From a virus, in IMG/VR virus record IMGVR_UViG_3300031669_005140: a stretch of DNA of 64,000 bases. One strand, given 5' to 3'. The position numbers were made by a program, and so were the translations under genes. Below, in pieces: positions 27,274 through 38,415 of the stretch; within the stretch, counting starts at the first letter, position 1; each line of letters opens with the position of its first letter. The notes under the pieces were generated by a model. The model was not told where the DNA came from. It saw only the letters and a program-made list of their open reading frames with translations, and ran no database searches.

Positions 27274-29631
27274 TTGGATATGAACGTATATTTGGACGAA
27301 AAGTATAAGAACGCTGCTTCAGTTGACTACAAGAATGTTGATCCAGCACAGAAAGTATCTGAAGATTATTACTTACAGTGTGCAAAATCACACTATGCAA
27401 GTTATCTAAACGGGGGATGCTATACATCTCCCCATACTCATAAAACATTTGACGAGCTATACTACTATGCAACAGGAGGTATAGATGTAGATCAGATCAA
27501 GCCTCAGCTGACAGGTGGTGAGAAATTTCCTTCATCAAGGACTGCCGTTAATCCAACAAAGAAGGCTTGGGAGGATGCAATTGAGAAGGGATGGGATAAC
27601 CTAGACTGGAGTCCAGTTAGCCCTATTCCTAGAATAATGAAGACGCTAGAGAAAACAGAGGATTTGTTTGATAGCGATGTTCGTGTATATTGCTTAGACC
27701 CATTTAGCAGGAGTAAGGAAGAGGACGATAAGGCCAACGCCTATGTCAGAATGAAGGAGTTTAATTTCCTTACAGAATATAGTAAGAGAGCAGGAATACC
27801 CATTGACGATACACAGTTTACACCTGATAGCGTAGAACAGCTAAACGTTTATGCACAGAGCGGTGGATTTAAGCAGGCACATGCACGAGCACTAGAATCT
27901 CTTTTTGAGGGCATATCCAGAGAGAGTGATTACCCAGAGATCAGAAGACGACATATCTTTGACTTGGCTACCTACGGTGTTGCTGGGATGAGAGCAGAGT
28001 TTGATCCCATGAGCGGAAGAATTTATTTCGCATGGAAGAATCCACGAACATCTTTTATTGAACAAAGCAAATACAGCGATTTTAGGGACTCTAAATTTGC
28101 AGGTGACTATGATACTATCAGCGTAAACGATTTGGCCGTCTATGGCTTCGATATCGACCAAAGAAGGGCTGTTGCGTTGGCTATGTGTGGGGCATATGAT
28201 AATCCTTCTGAAAAAGAGTTCGATCAGTATGATACGCTAACTGAATATGGTGGTTATCGCTGGGGCACGTTCAAATGCTGCGTGATGAACTGCGAATGGG
28301 TGGATACCGACAAGGAATATAGAAAAGAATATACTACTCCATTTGGGGCTAAGCGGTATGCTGGAGAGAAATGGGGGACGAAACTTGGAGTTAAGACTAA
28401 CAAGCGAGTATTTACTGTTATAAAAAACGTGCTCAGGGAATGCACGTGGGTTGTTGGAACTGATTTTGTTTACAACTTTGGCATTTCTTCGAATATACCT
28501 CGTGTAGACAATCGGGATGTTTCCCTTACTTACAAGTTTTATCGCCTAAAGGAGCGTTCGTTGGTAGCACAGATAAAGTCGTTCGTTAATGAATACTTTA
28601 TGATTTGGATGCGCTGGCAGAACGATATGGCCACGGCCATGCCTGACTTCTGGGCAGTAAACATGCACATGCTCAACAACGTTAAGATGGGCAAGGGAGA
28701 AATTATCAACGGAGCAGAGTTGATAAAGATGGCCAGAAAGGCAAGAGTTCTTCCTTATCAGTATTCCTTGGTTGGGAAGTATGAGGGAGGAACTGGACAG
28801 CCAATGACTAAGGTTCAAGGGGATGTTCTGGAAAAGACCCAGAGCCGATCACAAGAGATGGATGTAATTTTAACAAAGATATATCAGTTGACTGGGTTGG
28901 ATGCTGGAACAGGACAGCAGAATGTGGAGACAGCCACGGAGGCACGTCAGGTTTATGCTGCTACCAGCGAGGTGCTAACATCCATTGCCAAGGCTTTTAA
29001 TTCTGTCCGATTAAATACCACAAAGACTGTAGAGCAGCGGTTACAGACAGCAATGATGATTCCTAGCTATCTAAAGGATGCCTACGGTAGTATGCTTTCT
29101 GATTATCAGATAATGATACTCAATGAAGCCAAAAAGTCGGCAGCACGTTACGGAATGGATATGGTTCTTAAGCCATCGGATGCAGAGAGACAGAGGTTAA
29201 ATCAGGCTAACGATCTGGCTATGCAGGCTAAGTTAATTAACTATGATACATGGCTGTATGTTGATGAGATGATTCGGAATAATACCAATATGTCTTGGAT
29301 TAGAATATATGTTGGCTACATGGTCAACAGAAAGAAGAAGGAAGACTTCCAGCAGCAGCAGGCACTTATCAAGCAGCAGTCTGATGGTAATATTCAGCAT
29401 GAGCAGGTTAAGCAGCAGACACAGCAGCAAATGTTCCAGCAGAACGGTCAACTTATGCAAGGGGAGGTTCAACTGAAGGCTCAGGCTAAACTATCTGAGG
29501 AGCAGTTGGTGGGCATGATGGATATTAAGAGCAAGATACTGTCGCTATTAGCTGCACAGAATACGGAAGAGTCTACTAGAATGATGCTATCGAAGGAGCT
29601 AGAAATGATTAATTCAAGATTGTATGCCTAA
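27274..29631 (+). CDS. portal protein
   Basis: Follows terL; NLDWSPVSPIPR motif, ITGL-like QLTGLD, Q-rich C-terminal coiled coil. Confidence 0.85.
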   Translation: MDMNVYLDEKYKNAASVDYKNVDPAQKVSEDYYLQCAKSHYASYLNGGCYTSPHTHKTFDELYYYATGGIDVDQIKPQLTGGEKFPSSRTAVNPTKKAWEDAIEKGWDNLDWSPVSPIPRIMKTLEKTEDLFDSDVRVYCLDPFSRSKEEDDKANAYVRMKEFNFLTEYSKRAGIPIDDTQFTPDSVEQLNVYAQSGGFKQAHARALESLFEGISRESDYPEIRRRHIFDLATYGVAGMRAEFDPMSGRIYFAWKNPRTSFIEQSKYSDFRDSKFAGDYDTISVNDLAVYGFDIDQRRAVALAMCGAYDNPSEKEFDQYDTLTEYGGYRWGTFKCCVMNCEWVDTDKEYRKEYTTPFGAKRYAGEKWGTKLGVKTNKRVFTVIKNVLRECTWVVGTDFVYNFGISSNIPRVDNRDVSLTYKFYRLKERSLVAQIKSFVNEYFMIWMRWQNDMATAMPDFWAVNMHMLNNVKMGKGEIINGAELIKMARKARVLPYQYSLVGKYEGGTGQPMTKVQGDVLEKTQSRSQEMDVILTKIYQLTGLDAGTGQQNVETATEARQVYAATSEVLTSIAKAFNSVRLNTTKTVEQRLQTAMMIPSYLKDAYGSMLSDYQIMILNEAKKSAARYGMDMVLKPSDAERQRLNQANDLAMQAKLINYDTWLYVDEMIRNNTNMSWIRIYVGYMVNRKKKEDFQQQQALIKQQSDGNIQHEQVKQQTQQQMFQQNGQLMQGEVQLKAQAKLSEEQLVGMMDIKSKILSLLAAQNTEESTRMMLSKELEMINSRLYA

Positions 29632-30898
29632 GCCTATAAATAATTTACAGCAACTATCGGCTGTTAGTGGTGTAGATGAGTCTAGCCTAGAACAACTAAG
29701 CCCCGCTGTTCAGCAAGTTTTATTCGATAAGCCATATCTGGCTAAAGGATTTATAGACAAGACGTATACGCTGGCAGACGGAAAGGTTAACGTTAACGAT
29801 TCCTATAAGACTGGCCCCCTTTATCAGAGGTTGGCAAACTTAAAGCCAGGAACGGTAATCGATAACAATACTCTTCAGCAAATGTTCGAGAGCATCTCCA
29901 CCTATTCATACCTTAACCACGGAGAAGCACCAAAAGTAACATTTATGCCAAAGATAGTTGTAGGTGATGACCCAGGACAGGTCACTAATAAGGCTCTTTT
30001 GCTATTCATGGATAAAATGGTTACCGGGCTTGCAAATGGTGATTTGCCAAAGATCAATATGGATTTGGAGGCAACAATGGATACTGGTTTAGGAAAAGTA
30101 GTCGAGAGTGGGATGGATAGAAGCACATTCAATGCTATGTCCAAGTATATTCCGTTCCTATCTAAGCCATCTATTGGAGATACTACCAAGAACTGGGTGC
30201 TGGCAATAAACAAGGTCGCACAGAATAATCCTACCGAGGGGCCAGAAATGACATTTGATGCTAAAGGAAATGTTATTTCTGCTACACCAGTAAAGGAAAG
30301 TGATTTATCCAAGCCAGCATCTATTTCAGATCAGGAGTTTTCGACTATAGTAGATAACTTAAAGAAGAAAAAAGCCAACGGTGTTGATCCTGCACAGGCT
30401 GCACAGGATGCTCTATTTGACGACAATGGTAAAGCGTTATTGGGGGGTAGAAATTTTACCAATCCAGACGGTAGTGTATCAACAGAACTTAAGCTAGGTT
30501 TGTCGAAGGCTATTCAGCTGGCCATGTTCAAGGCAGGATACGGTTCTTCTATGGTTCATGTCCCTAATGCAAACGGAGATGCAACTGATATAGCATATAG
30601 GCAGGAAGTAGATGCAGATATTACGGGTAATGATATTGTTGCTAAAACTATTGGTGGGCCTGGAAAATTTGTTATCCCGACTCAGTCTGCCAGCAAGACT
30701 TTGCTAGATAGAATCCAGCTAGGGAATGCATTTGTTGGTAGCCCTGCGTTCAAAAATGTTGGTAAGAAGATTGCTGGGAAAAACTATATCATTGGAAGTA
30801 TGAGCGGAGCAGTGGGTGAAAGCAATCTTACATCTGACATCGTTAACTCTGATGTGAATGCTGCCGCTGAATTACAGACTGGCGCAGCCGTTAAATAG
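29624..30898 (+). CDS. hypothetical virion-associated protein
   Basis: 424-aa ORF between portal and scaffold. Confidence 0.55.
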   Translation: MPKPINNLQQLSAVSGVDESSLEQLSPAVQQVLFDKPYLAKGFIDKTYTLADGKVNVNDSYKTGPLYQRLANLKPGTVIDNNTLQQMFESISTYSYLNHGEAPKVTFMPKIVVGDDPGQVTNKALLLFMDKMVTGLANGDLPKINMDLEATMDTGLGKVVESGMDRSTFNAMSKYIPFLSKPSIGDTTKNWVLAINKVAQNNPTEGPEMTFDAKGNVISATPVKESDLSKPASISDQEFSTIVDNLKKKKANGVDPAQAAQDALFDDNGKALLGGRNFTNPDGSVSTELKLGLSKAIQLAMFKAGYGSSMVHVPNANGDATDIAYRQEVDADITGNDIVAKTIGGPGKFVIPTQSASKTLLDRIQLGNAFVGSPAFKNVGKKIAGKNYIIGSMSGAVGESNLTSDIVNSDVNAAAELQTGAAVK

Positions 30899-30944
30899 TG
30901 GTTAAAAAAGTATTTTGTAATTTTGTAACGTAATTTATAAACTA

Positions 30945-32072
30945 ATGGAACAAAGTCTAAGAGAAAAGTCGGAAGAACTTTTCAGAGAACAGCAAGGGAT
31001 TAAGACGGGTGAAGTATCCGAAGAGAAGATTACTCCGGCTCCTACGCCCAAGGAGGGTGATGACAATACTGGAGAGGGAAAGAAAACGGATAAGAAAGTT
31101 GACACTCCTGTAGTAGAATTTGATATCAAGGCACTATCTACCAAACTTGGGTTTGAGATAGGTAGCTTAGATGATATAAAGGATGCCTACGGTAAGAAGG
31201 CAGAAGTTGAAGGGTTGAGGGCGCAGCTAAGTGAATACGAATCTATCGCTAATGAGTCTTTTGATATTAGCAAATTCGTCAGCCCAGAAACATTAAAGGC
31301 AGAAACATTAAAAACAAAAATACCGAGCATTACATTTGATGCGGCTAGAAAGGTTGCCAGTGGCGAAAGTCTTTCTGATTTAGATTACTTGGTTTTATCT
31401 AAGAGAATAAAGAATCCTGATATTAAGCTAGGGGATGCTGAACTCAAGGAGGCTATTCTGGAAGGGTATGACCTATCTGAAGAAGATTTAGTTGACTTTG
31501 CTGATGTTAAACCAGGAAAGCGGTTACGGTGGAGCGAAGAGGTTGCTAGTGCAAGAAGTGTGGTAGCAGGGGTGCTATCAGACATTAAAACACCAACAAT
31601 CGAGGGCTATGCTGCTATAACCGAAAAGCGTAAAGCACAGAAGCAGGAGATGGATGCAAAGGTAGAGATTGAGTATAAACCGTTTGCTGAAGAGGTGGCT
31701 AAAAGTTTAAAGTTTTTCAACGTAAAGATGGAGAACGACGAGTTTTCATTTCCACTTCCAGACGATTTCGTTAGCCAGATTCCTGAGTTGGTAGTCAATG
31801 TAGCCAAGATGAAGGGCGAGTTACTGACTAAGGAGAGTGGAGAAAAAGTATGGAAAGAGGCGAATGCATTGGTATGGGCAACATTTGGTCAGAAGATGCT
31901 AGAGTCGTATGGAAAAACGGTTGCTTCTAGGGTAATGGCTGAGGCAGATGCTAAGTATGGACATCCTACGGGTGGCGTAAAGAGCATAGAGAATGCCGAT
32001 GCTGGAGCGGGTGACTCACAAATGCCCCTACACACCATTGCTGCTAAACCAGTTAATGGATGGGGGAAGTAA
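30945..32072 (+). CDS. capsid scaffolding-like protein
   Basis: Acidic helical protein directly upstream of the capsid gene. Confidence 0.6.
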   Translation: MEQSLREKSEELFREQQGIKTGEVSEEKITPAPTPKEGDDNTGEGKKTDKKVDTPVVEFDIKALSTKLGFEIGSLDDIKDAYGKKAEVEGLRAQLSEYESIANESFDISKFVSPETLKAETLKTKIPSITFDAARKVASGESLSDLDYLVLSKRIKNPDIKLGDAELKEAILEGYDLSEEDLVDFADVKPGKRLRWSEEVASARSVVAGVLSDIKTPTIEGYAAITEKRKAQKQEMDAKVEIEYKPFAEEVAKSLKFFNVKMENDEFSFPLPDDFVSQIPELVVNVAKMKGELLTKESGEKVWKEANALVWATFGQKMLESYGKTVASRVMAEADAKYGHPTGGVKSIENADAGAGDSQMPLHTIAAKPVNGWGK

Positions 32073-32095
32073 AAACCCATTAAAAGAAAAACAAA

Positions 32096-33580
32096 ATGGC
32101 AGAATATACAGTAAGAACAGGCGAAGTAGATTCCAAAGCGTTTGCGGGGAAACTTGATGCGACTTATGTTACAGCTCGCGAGGCCGCTATGAGCGATTTG
32201 GAGTTTAAGAAAAGAGTTTGGCCTGGTATCTTTAAGAGTTATGGAAATGCAAGGTATACTTTTATGGACTTGCTTACCATGCAAACTCCGTTTAACTTCA
32301 TCGGTAGGGATATTACCCTCATTGAAGAGCAAAATCTTGACTATCTTATTGAGGTAGGAGATGTAGGCTCTACCCACGGTATTAATACTACCGCTAATGG
32401 TGCAGTGGCTTACTTGATCTTAGCTGCAAGTGGATATGATAGCAATACTGGTGCTTTGAGGCTTAGGGTAGGTGATTCCGTAATCATTCCTCACGCATAT
32501 ACCTCTACCGGAAACAACGAGCATTATCGTATTCAGTCAATTAGCTCTGGTAGCGGTGCTACTACTAAGTGGGCTCTTCACCCATACAACGTATCGGCTG
32601 GTATCGCAACTGAAGTTCCTATTGGAACCAAGTTAATGCGTGGTCCATGGAAGACATCTGTTGGTGGTGGACAGCCTTCTAGCGGTTACATTGATTACCT
32701 CAATGCTCGTAAGTTCTACACCCAGATCATTGGTGAGACCGTTTCTGTTCAGGGTGGAGTAAAGGCTACTGCTCTTGAGTCATGGTATAAGAGAGATGGT
32801 GTTTCCATGAGCAACATGGTTACAGAGGCTCTGTGGCAAACAGAATTTATGTTTGATCGTAAGATTGACCAAGCCTTATTTACTAGTTCTGCCAATACCA
32901 ATACCTCTAACGTAACAGATACAGACCAGTATGGTGCTGCATCTGCTGTTAAGTCTGTTTTTGGTTATCGTGAGCACGCAGTAAGTAGAGCACAGCTGTT
33001 AAACTACGATAGTACTCAGCCTTGGGATTATTTTAAGTTTGACCTTATCGACGAGATTTTTGACACTCAGAAAGTATCTGATGGCAATATCGTTGTTGGT
33101 TGCGGCCCAGACTTATACAAGAGCATTGAGAATGGTGGCCTAGAGTTTACCAAGGAGTACAGCAAGACCGATCTGATGCGTTCATTAGATGAGTTGGGTG
33201 TATCTTACAGGGCTTTCACCAAGGGAACTAGAACATATACTTTTGTTTTAATTGATACACTCAGGGACACTACTGGTCTTGGTTTGGTTAACTTAGGTCA
33301 TCGCCAAGAAGGCTTTATGATTCCTTCCTCTACGGTTAAGGTTCAGCTGGGTAACGGTTCTACCTCTATCATACCTAACCTTCAGATCGGTTACTTGAAC
33401 AACAATGGTGAGAACAGAACTCGTATGACCGGCCCTATCAGCGGTGTTAACGGTTATGGTCTTCCATTCAGCCACCAGTATGATAATACCATGTGGGCGT
33501 ATAAGACAGAGATGGGATTGGTTGCTCTTGGAATGAACCAGAACATCTTTCTCACTCCTACTTCTTACAGGACTACATAG
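32096..33580 (+). CDS. major capsid protein
   Basis: 494 aa, follows the scaffold gene, followed by a strong terminator; YTQII.E pattern. Confidence 0.8.
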   Translation: MAEYTVRTGEVDSKAFAGKLDATYVTAREAAMSDLEFKKRVWPGIFKSYGNARYTFMDLLTMQTPFNFIGRDITLIEEQNLDYLIEVGDVGSTHGINTTANGAVAYLILAASGYDSNTGALRLRVGDSVIIPHAYTSTGNNEHYRIQSISSGSGATTKWALHPYNVSAGIATEVPIGTKLMRGPWKTSVGGGQPSSGYIDYLNARKFYTQIIGETVSVQGGVKATALESWYKRDGVSMSNMVTEALWQTEFMFDRKIDQALFTSSANTNTSNVTDTDQYGAASAVKSVFGYREHAVSRAQLLNYDSTQPWDYFKFDLIDEIFDTQKVSDGNIVVGCGPDLYKSIENGGLEFTKEYSKTDLMRSLDELGVSYRAFTKGTRTYTFVLIDTLRDTTGLGLVNLGHRQEGFMIPSSTVKVQLGNGSTSIIPNLQIGYLNNNGENRTRMTGPISGVNGYGLPFSHQYDNTMWAYKTEMGLVALGMNQNIFLTPTSYRTT

Positions 33581-33587
33581 CATGATC

Positions 33588-33621
33588 GGGATGGGGATTT
33601 AAAACATCCCCTCCCTTTTTT
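33588..33621 (+). terminator. intrinsic terminator
   Basis: GGGATGGGGAT...ATCCCCTCCC followed by a T run. Confidence 0.8.
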
Positions 33622-33650
33622 ATTTTATTAACTTATAAATAACAAAAAAG

Positions 33651-34772
33651 ATGATCTTAATCGACAATAATCAACTCAACATCTTTGCTCCAGAAACAGG
33701 AAATAAGCTAGTAGATGTTGCCACGAAGGAACTGTCCAAGTTCTATGATGAATACAGAAAAAAGATATTCCCTCTTTACCTAAAACGTCATACCGGAGAT
33801 CGGTTAGATGACGCAGGGAATCAGAACCCAGACAGGTTTATTGCTTACTACTTTAGCACTATCTCTTTTGTATCCAAGGAACTTGGTAATCACCGATGGA
33901 TTTATTCAAAGGTTCCGTGGGGCATAGAGACACCTGTCCCACATTCAGAACTTCTTCCAGAGACAATTACGCTGGTAGAAGAAGATTGGGAAAGAGCGTT
34001 CTTCTTGCTGAAGAAATCTGGGTTGGTAGGTTCTAGGGGACACTATACACTAGTTGATCCAGTGGAGGATGCCAATAACTTTGCGGAATCTCAGGCCAAT
34101 ATGTCGTATGTAAATACAATGCTGTATGCAAAGGAACTTTCGCCTTTGTTCGGCCCTGACGGCGAGTTTAAGGTAAGAACTCTTGCCACAGCACTTGGTA
34201 TACCAATGGTTAAGAATATGTCCTTAAATCAGGTTAAAAAGCGCATTCTTGAATATACCGAAGCGTTTGATATTGCAACCATTGATCGTAGGGCTGTCTC
34301 TAACGAACGAGCCGTCGAGTTTAAGGAACTCCTCAATGCAGGTGATGACCTCAATGTAAGGCTTAGATATCTAATCCAGAAGGCAGAGGACGACAGAGTA
34401 TTAGTTTACGATACCATGAGCCACGAGTATAGTATTACGAGCGGTAGTGGTTCTGCACGGTTGTTCTTTACCAACAAGAGCTACAGCGCAGAGTTAAGGC
34501 AACGAGACTTGGCCGCAGTTCTGAAGAACAATAAGACCAAGTTGGATACGCTGCTTGAGGCTATGGGAGAGCCATTAGAGCCAGATAAAATCGTAGAGGT
34601 ATCTGAGGATACTATACGAGAAGTAATGGCAGATATGGAAGCGAAAGGTGGCATTAAAGATGCAAAGTATGCTCAGGTTAAGAGTTGGGCAAAGAAGATT
34701 GGACTAAACGACAGTAAAGGCTTTTCTGAAATGAAGGCCGATATCGCTGATCTGGTGGCGCAGTATGCTTAA
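33651..34772 (+). CDS. conserved post-capsid hypothetical protein
   Basis: 373-aa ORF in the position of the crAss-like post-capsid gene. Confidence 0.55.
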   Translation: MILIDNNQLNIFAPETGNKLVDVATKELSKFYDEYRKKIFPLYLKRHTGDRLDDAGNQNPDRFIAYYFSTISFVSKELGNHRWIYSKVPWGIETPVPHSELLPETITLVEEDWERAFFLLKKSGLVGSRGHYTLVDPVEDANNFAESQANMSYVNTMLYAKELSPLFGPDGEFKVRTLATALGIPMVKNMSLNQVKKRILEYTEAFDIATIDRRAVSNERAVEFKELLNAGDDLNVRLRYLIQKAEDDRVLVYDTMSHEYSITSGSGSARLFFTNKSYSAELRQRDLAAVLKNNKTKLDTLLEAMGEPLEPDKIVEVSEDTIREVMADMEAKGGIKDAKYAQVKSWAKKIGLNDSKGFSEMKADIADLVAQYA

Positions 34773-34794
34773 CGCTACTCGCTAGACTATGACT

Positions 34795-34823
34795 AAAGCC
34801 TCGAAAATATCGAGGCTTTTTTT
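34795..34823 (+). terminator. intrinsic terminator
   Basis: AAAGCCTCGA...TCGAGGCTTT followed by a T run; promoter TATATTTG at 34829-34836. Confidence 0.85.
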
Positions 34824-34849
34824 ATTTGTATATTTGCAAGATAAAATAG

Positions 34850-37800
34850 ATGGGTATGGCTAGTTCTGGTATAACAGTAAGTTTAGAAGTTACGGTAAGG
34901 GATGGTTCTGGGGTAGTTAAAAACAAGTTGCTAGCTACCGATACAACCACATGGGGAATAGGTATCGACTACATCAACATAAAGGCAATTTCTCCTGCTG
35001 GGAATGTGTTTTTTGCACATGCATCAGGAACAGGTATTGCTGCGAATGGAAATGTTACTATTGACCTACCTACCGATACCGATGGCAATATCATAAAGGG
35101 TGTTTACACTTTTGTTTATACTGTTAAGGAGACGCTTGTGTCAACTGAGTTTGTTGATACGGTAACGGTAGATTACCAGTATGTTACTCCTACTCCAACC
35201 ATCAACGTAGCAGTAAACGGTTTTGCTTCTACATTTATTTCTACTGATGCTACAAACTACGCTGGAGCAATAGTTACCAGAACCCATGCCGTCACGCCGC
35301 CATCTGGAAGTGGTATGAGTGGACTGTCTGGGACTGAGTTAACACAAAGCTATGCTCCAAATATATTTTCAGGAGTTTACACCACTTCGTTGGTATGCGT
35401 TCTTAACAACACTACACTTTCTGGCTATTCTGTAAACGACTATATCTCCTTAACGAATGACACTACGGTTTATCCGATCAGTGAAAGCAGCACGTTTGCT
35501 TCTCTTAATGCATATGTGGATGGTTACAATGCTGCACTAGAGAGCAATCCGTCGGTAGCGAACTTTATGGCTTCTACCATGATACTGCTATCTGGATTGG
35601 TTAACCGATACCTAAAGTTTATTCGTGACGACTCGTTATTAGATGCCTATAATACATTGATTGTTATTAACAGCATCTTAAATGTAAATAGCGACCCTGT
35701 ATCTGTTGTAGGAATAATTCCATTTGTAAATTCCTATACCGAAGGAACTGGAGAGGTAAAGGTAGACTCTTCTGATACGCTTGGGTTTTTGGAGTCGAAG
35801 TTGGACGGGATAACGCTGCAAAAAGATAGCGGGACAAAAAAGGTTAAGGTTGTTGACAGCCCATCTCTTGGAGGAAATGCTGCTGATACTTATGCTCCAA
35901 TAGACTCTCCGGACTTTACTGGAAGTCCTACCGCTCCGAACTTGTCTATTGGAGATACCTCTGGAAAATTGGCTAATGCTAAGTTGGTTAATGATACTAA
36001 GAATGCGTTGGTTGACGGTGCTCCGCTTGATACCTTGGCTCAACTTTCTGCGGCGGTAATGAATAGTGACACGTTCGGAGAAGATTTTTATGTTGAGTTG
36101 GGTCAAAAGTTGGCTTCTGCTTCATATACGGCTGCGGATGTGTTGGCTAAGTTACTGACTGTAGATGGTGCTGGTTCAGGGTTGGATAGTGATTTATTAG
36201 ATGGTCAACAAGGTAGTTATTACTACAATCCAACCAATTCTAACTTACCTACTGTTCCTTGGACTGCTAATAGTATGAGTATTAAAAATAGTGGTAATTT
36301 GAATTTACAGGCTGCTAGTGGTAGCACAGATAGCGGTGATATAGTATTTATGGATGGGGATGGAAACGAGAAATATAGGTTATATACATCACCCGATAAT
36401 AGTTATAATAGTCTCTTATTTCGTCAAAATGCAGGAACAGAGTATAATTTATGGCATTCTGGAAACCTAACACCAGGGCAGGTTAAAACAACCACCTTGG
36501 ACACGTTGGATTATTTAGGCAACAAGTTGGGTGATGGAATAACTCTCGATGTTAATCAAGATTTAACCCTAGACTTTTCTAAGGTAGTCAAACAAAATAT
36601 ACCTAACTCGCTTAGAGTAAAGATACCTTATAATGTGATTAAGAACTTGGAGATGGATAATACTCTTTCTCCAGTTGACTATGCTGGATATGGGAGGCCG
36701 GTTAGCACTCCGTTGGCTGTTTCGAATATTGCAACAAACGTTATAACCATAACCAATATACCTAGATACGATCTGTTGCTATCTAGCGTATATGATGGAA
36801 CCACTGGATCAAATAGGTGGGCACTTGTAAATCTTGATTCTAATACTGTTCCAACAGACGATCAGCCAGATGGTGGCTATAGTGTTCAAACAGCCATAAG
36901 AGCCATTACGTTTACGGATGTTCATACGGCAAATGTGACGGTTAGTAGCTCTGCTGGGTTTAATGTTGGGCATAAGGTAATGCTTATATCAATAAATAAC
37001 TCTAGGTTTAAGATAAACTCTGGGTATGTTAGCGGTCTTGGTATTACAGAACCTTGGAGAACAAGACAAATTGAGGCAGGCTATCTCTTTAAGAAGCAAA
37101 GCACTGGTAAGTGGAATATGATCGTTGGTGGAACCGCTTCTGACATTAATGTTTGGACAACTAAGCTGATGGAGGCAGACAGCCTGTATGGGCCATGGAC
37201 TCTTTCTAGCATTAATGGAACAAACCTATTAACATCTGTTGGTAGCAACTTTAAGGATTTAACGGCTGCAATTCCACAGACAAATAAAATAACAACCAAG
37301 TATGGCTGTCCTGTACCAAACTCTTCCTACCATGTGGTTATGGGCTGGGGGGCTGATTCTGGTAGTTGGAGTTTCCCAGTAAACTTTAAAATATATTTTG
37401 TTATTTTCAGCGAGGACTTTTCTGACATGAGAACCATCGTTGCTAGAACTAACTATACTGTTAAGCGGGGATCGAGCGGATACCTTCACTATCCTTCGTT
37501 GGGGTACTATAAGGGCAAGTGGTATCTCTCTGCTATTGATGACTATCCACCATCAACATCAAGCACATGGACGGATGAGAATCGTTGGGACAGGCACGTG
37601 TTCGTATCAGATTCCCTAGATGGCGTATTTGAGTATCACTCCACCATTCAGGTTGGCCGGAGATTAAATCAGGGATCATTCTATTCCAACCATCCGGTAA
37701 ATGGATATGTATTTGGCTTTGGAGATGCTCTATATGCATATGTTTCAGGAACATCCCGCTATATTTACTCTGGTAATAAGGGCGATGCTGTTACTGGGTT

Positions 37801-38026
37801 CTTCGAGTATGATGATGCAACAAATACGTGGAATGAGTTTCCATCAAACTTTATACCGATCCCGTATGGTGGAGACGCTGTGTGGGGATCAGGTTATGAG
37901 CGAATGAAGGATCACTCTGGAGGGCCAGGATTAATTATACAGGATAGCAATAAGCTATTCCTGCTCCAAGATTATACTAACGGATCAGATAACTATCAAA
38001 CAGCACTAATCGAAATACCACTATAA
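34850..38026 (+). CDS. tail fiber/spike with probable C-terminal beta-propeller glycoside hydrolase-like domain
   Basis: Fiber motifs SPDFTGSPTAP and DGAGSGLDSDLLDG; propeller-like repeats (SLYGPWT, SDSLDGVF, YPSL..YKGKWYL). Confidence 0.7.
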   Translation: MGMASSGITVSLEVTVRDGSGVVKNKLLATDTTTWGIGIDYINIKAISPAGNVFFAHASGTGIAANGNVTIDLPTDTDGNIIKGVYTFVYTVKETLVSTEFVDTVTVDYQYVTPTPTINVAVNGFASTFISTDATNYAGAIVTRTHAVTPPSGSGMSGLSGTELTQSYAPNIFSGVYTTSLVCVLNNTTLSGYSVNDYISLTNDTTVYPISESSTFASLNAYVDGYNAALESNPSVANFMASTMILLSGLVNRYLKFIRDDSLLDAYNTLIVINSILNVNSDPVSVVGIIPFVNSYTEGTGEVKVDSSDTLGFLESKLDGITLQKDSGTKKVKVVDSPSLGGNAADTYAPIDSPDFTGSPTAPNLSIGDTSGKLANAKLVNDTKNALVDGAPLDTLAQLSAAVMNSDTFGEDFYVELGQKLASASYTAADVLAKLLTVDGAGSGLDSDLLDGQQGSYYYNPTNSNLPTVPWTANSMSIKNSGNLNLQAASGSTDSGDIVFMDGDGNEKYRLYTSPDNSYNSLLFRQNAGTEYNLWHSGNLTPGQVKTTTLDTLDYLGNKLGDGITLDVNQDLTLDFSKVVKQNIPNSLRVKIPYNVIKNLEMDNTLSPVDYAGYGRPVSTPLAVSNIATNVITITNIPRYDLLLSSVYDGTTGSNRWALVNLDSNTVPTDDQPDGGYSVQTAIRAITFTDVHTANVTVSSSAGFNVGHKVMLISINNSRFKINSGYVSGLGITEPWRTRQIEAGYLFKKQSTGKWNMIVGGTASDINVWTTKLMEADSLYGPWTLSSINGTNLLTSVGSNFKDLTAAIPQTNKITTKYGCPVPNSSYHVVMGWGADSGSWSFPVNFKIYFVIFSEDFSDMRTIVARTNYTVKRGSSGYLHYPSLGYYKGKWYLSAIDDYPPSTSSTWTDENRWDRHVFVSDSLDGVFEYHSTIQVGRRLNQGSFYSNHPVNGYVFGFGDALYAYVSGTSRYIYSGNKGDAVTGFFEYDDATNTWNEFPSNFIPIPYGGDAVWGSGYERMKDHSGGPGLIIQDSNKLFLLQDYTNGSDNYQTALIEIPL

Positions 38027-38409
38027 TGGCAAGTTTTAAATATACCAAGGTAGTTACCCATACGGCTAGATTATCTTTTGACCTGTCTACCCTGTCTTCT
38101 AATATTGGGATGATAGACTTTGTGCTTCCTGCTACGGCAACTATTGCAAAGATTGTTGGGGTGATACGTTCTAGCATAACCGCAGGAACCGCCACCACAT
38201 TTAAGTTGCAATACAACAGCACTGGTGCTACGGTATGGGCGGACATCACTGGAGACATAACCATTTCTGGGTTGACATCTACGTTTATTCCAACATTTGC
38301 TGGCTCATTAACGGCATTTAGGGCTGTTGGGTATAATGAACTTAGGCTTTTGGCTAATGGAACAATAACTGGTGGTGTGGTAGATTTTTACATTGAATAC
38401 TTTATTTAA
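38026..38409 (+). CDS. small beta-rich structural protein
   Basis: 127 aa, coupled to the fiber gene. Confidence 0.55.
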   Translation: MASFKYTKVVTHTARLSFDLSTLSSNIGMIDFVLPATATIAKIVGVIRSSITAGTATTFKLQYNSTGATVWADITGDITISGLTSTFIPTFAGSLTAFRAVGYNELRLLANGTITGGVVDFYIEYFI

Positions 38410-38415
38410 GTTGAT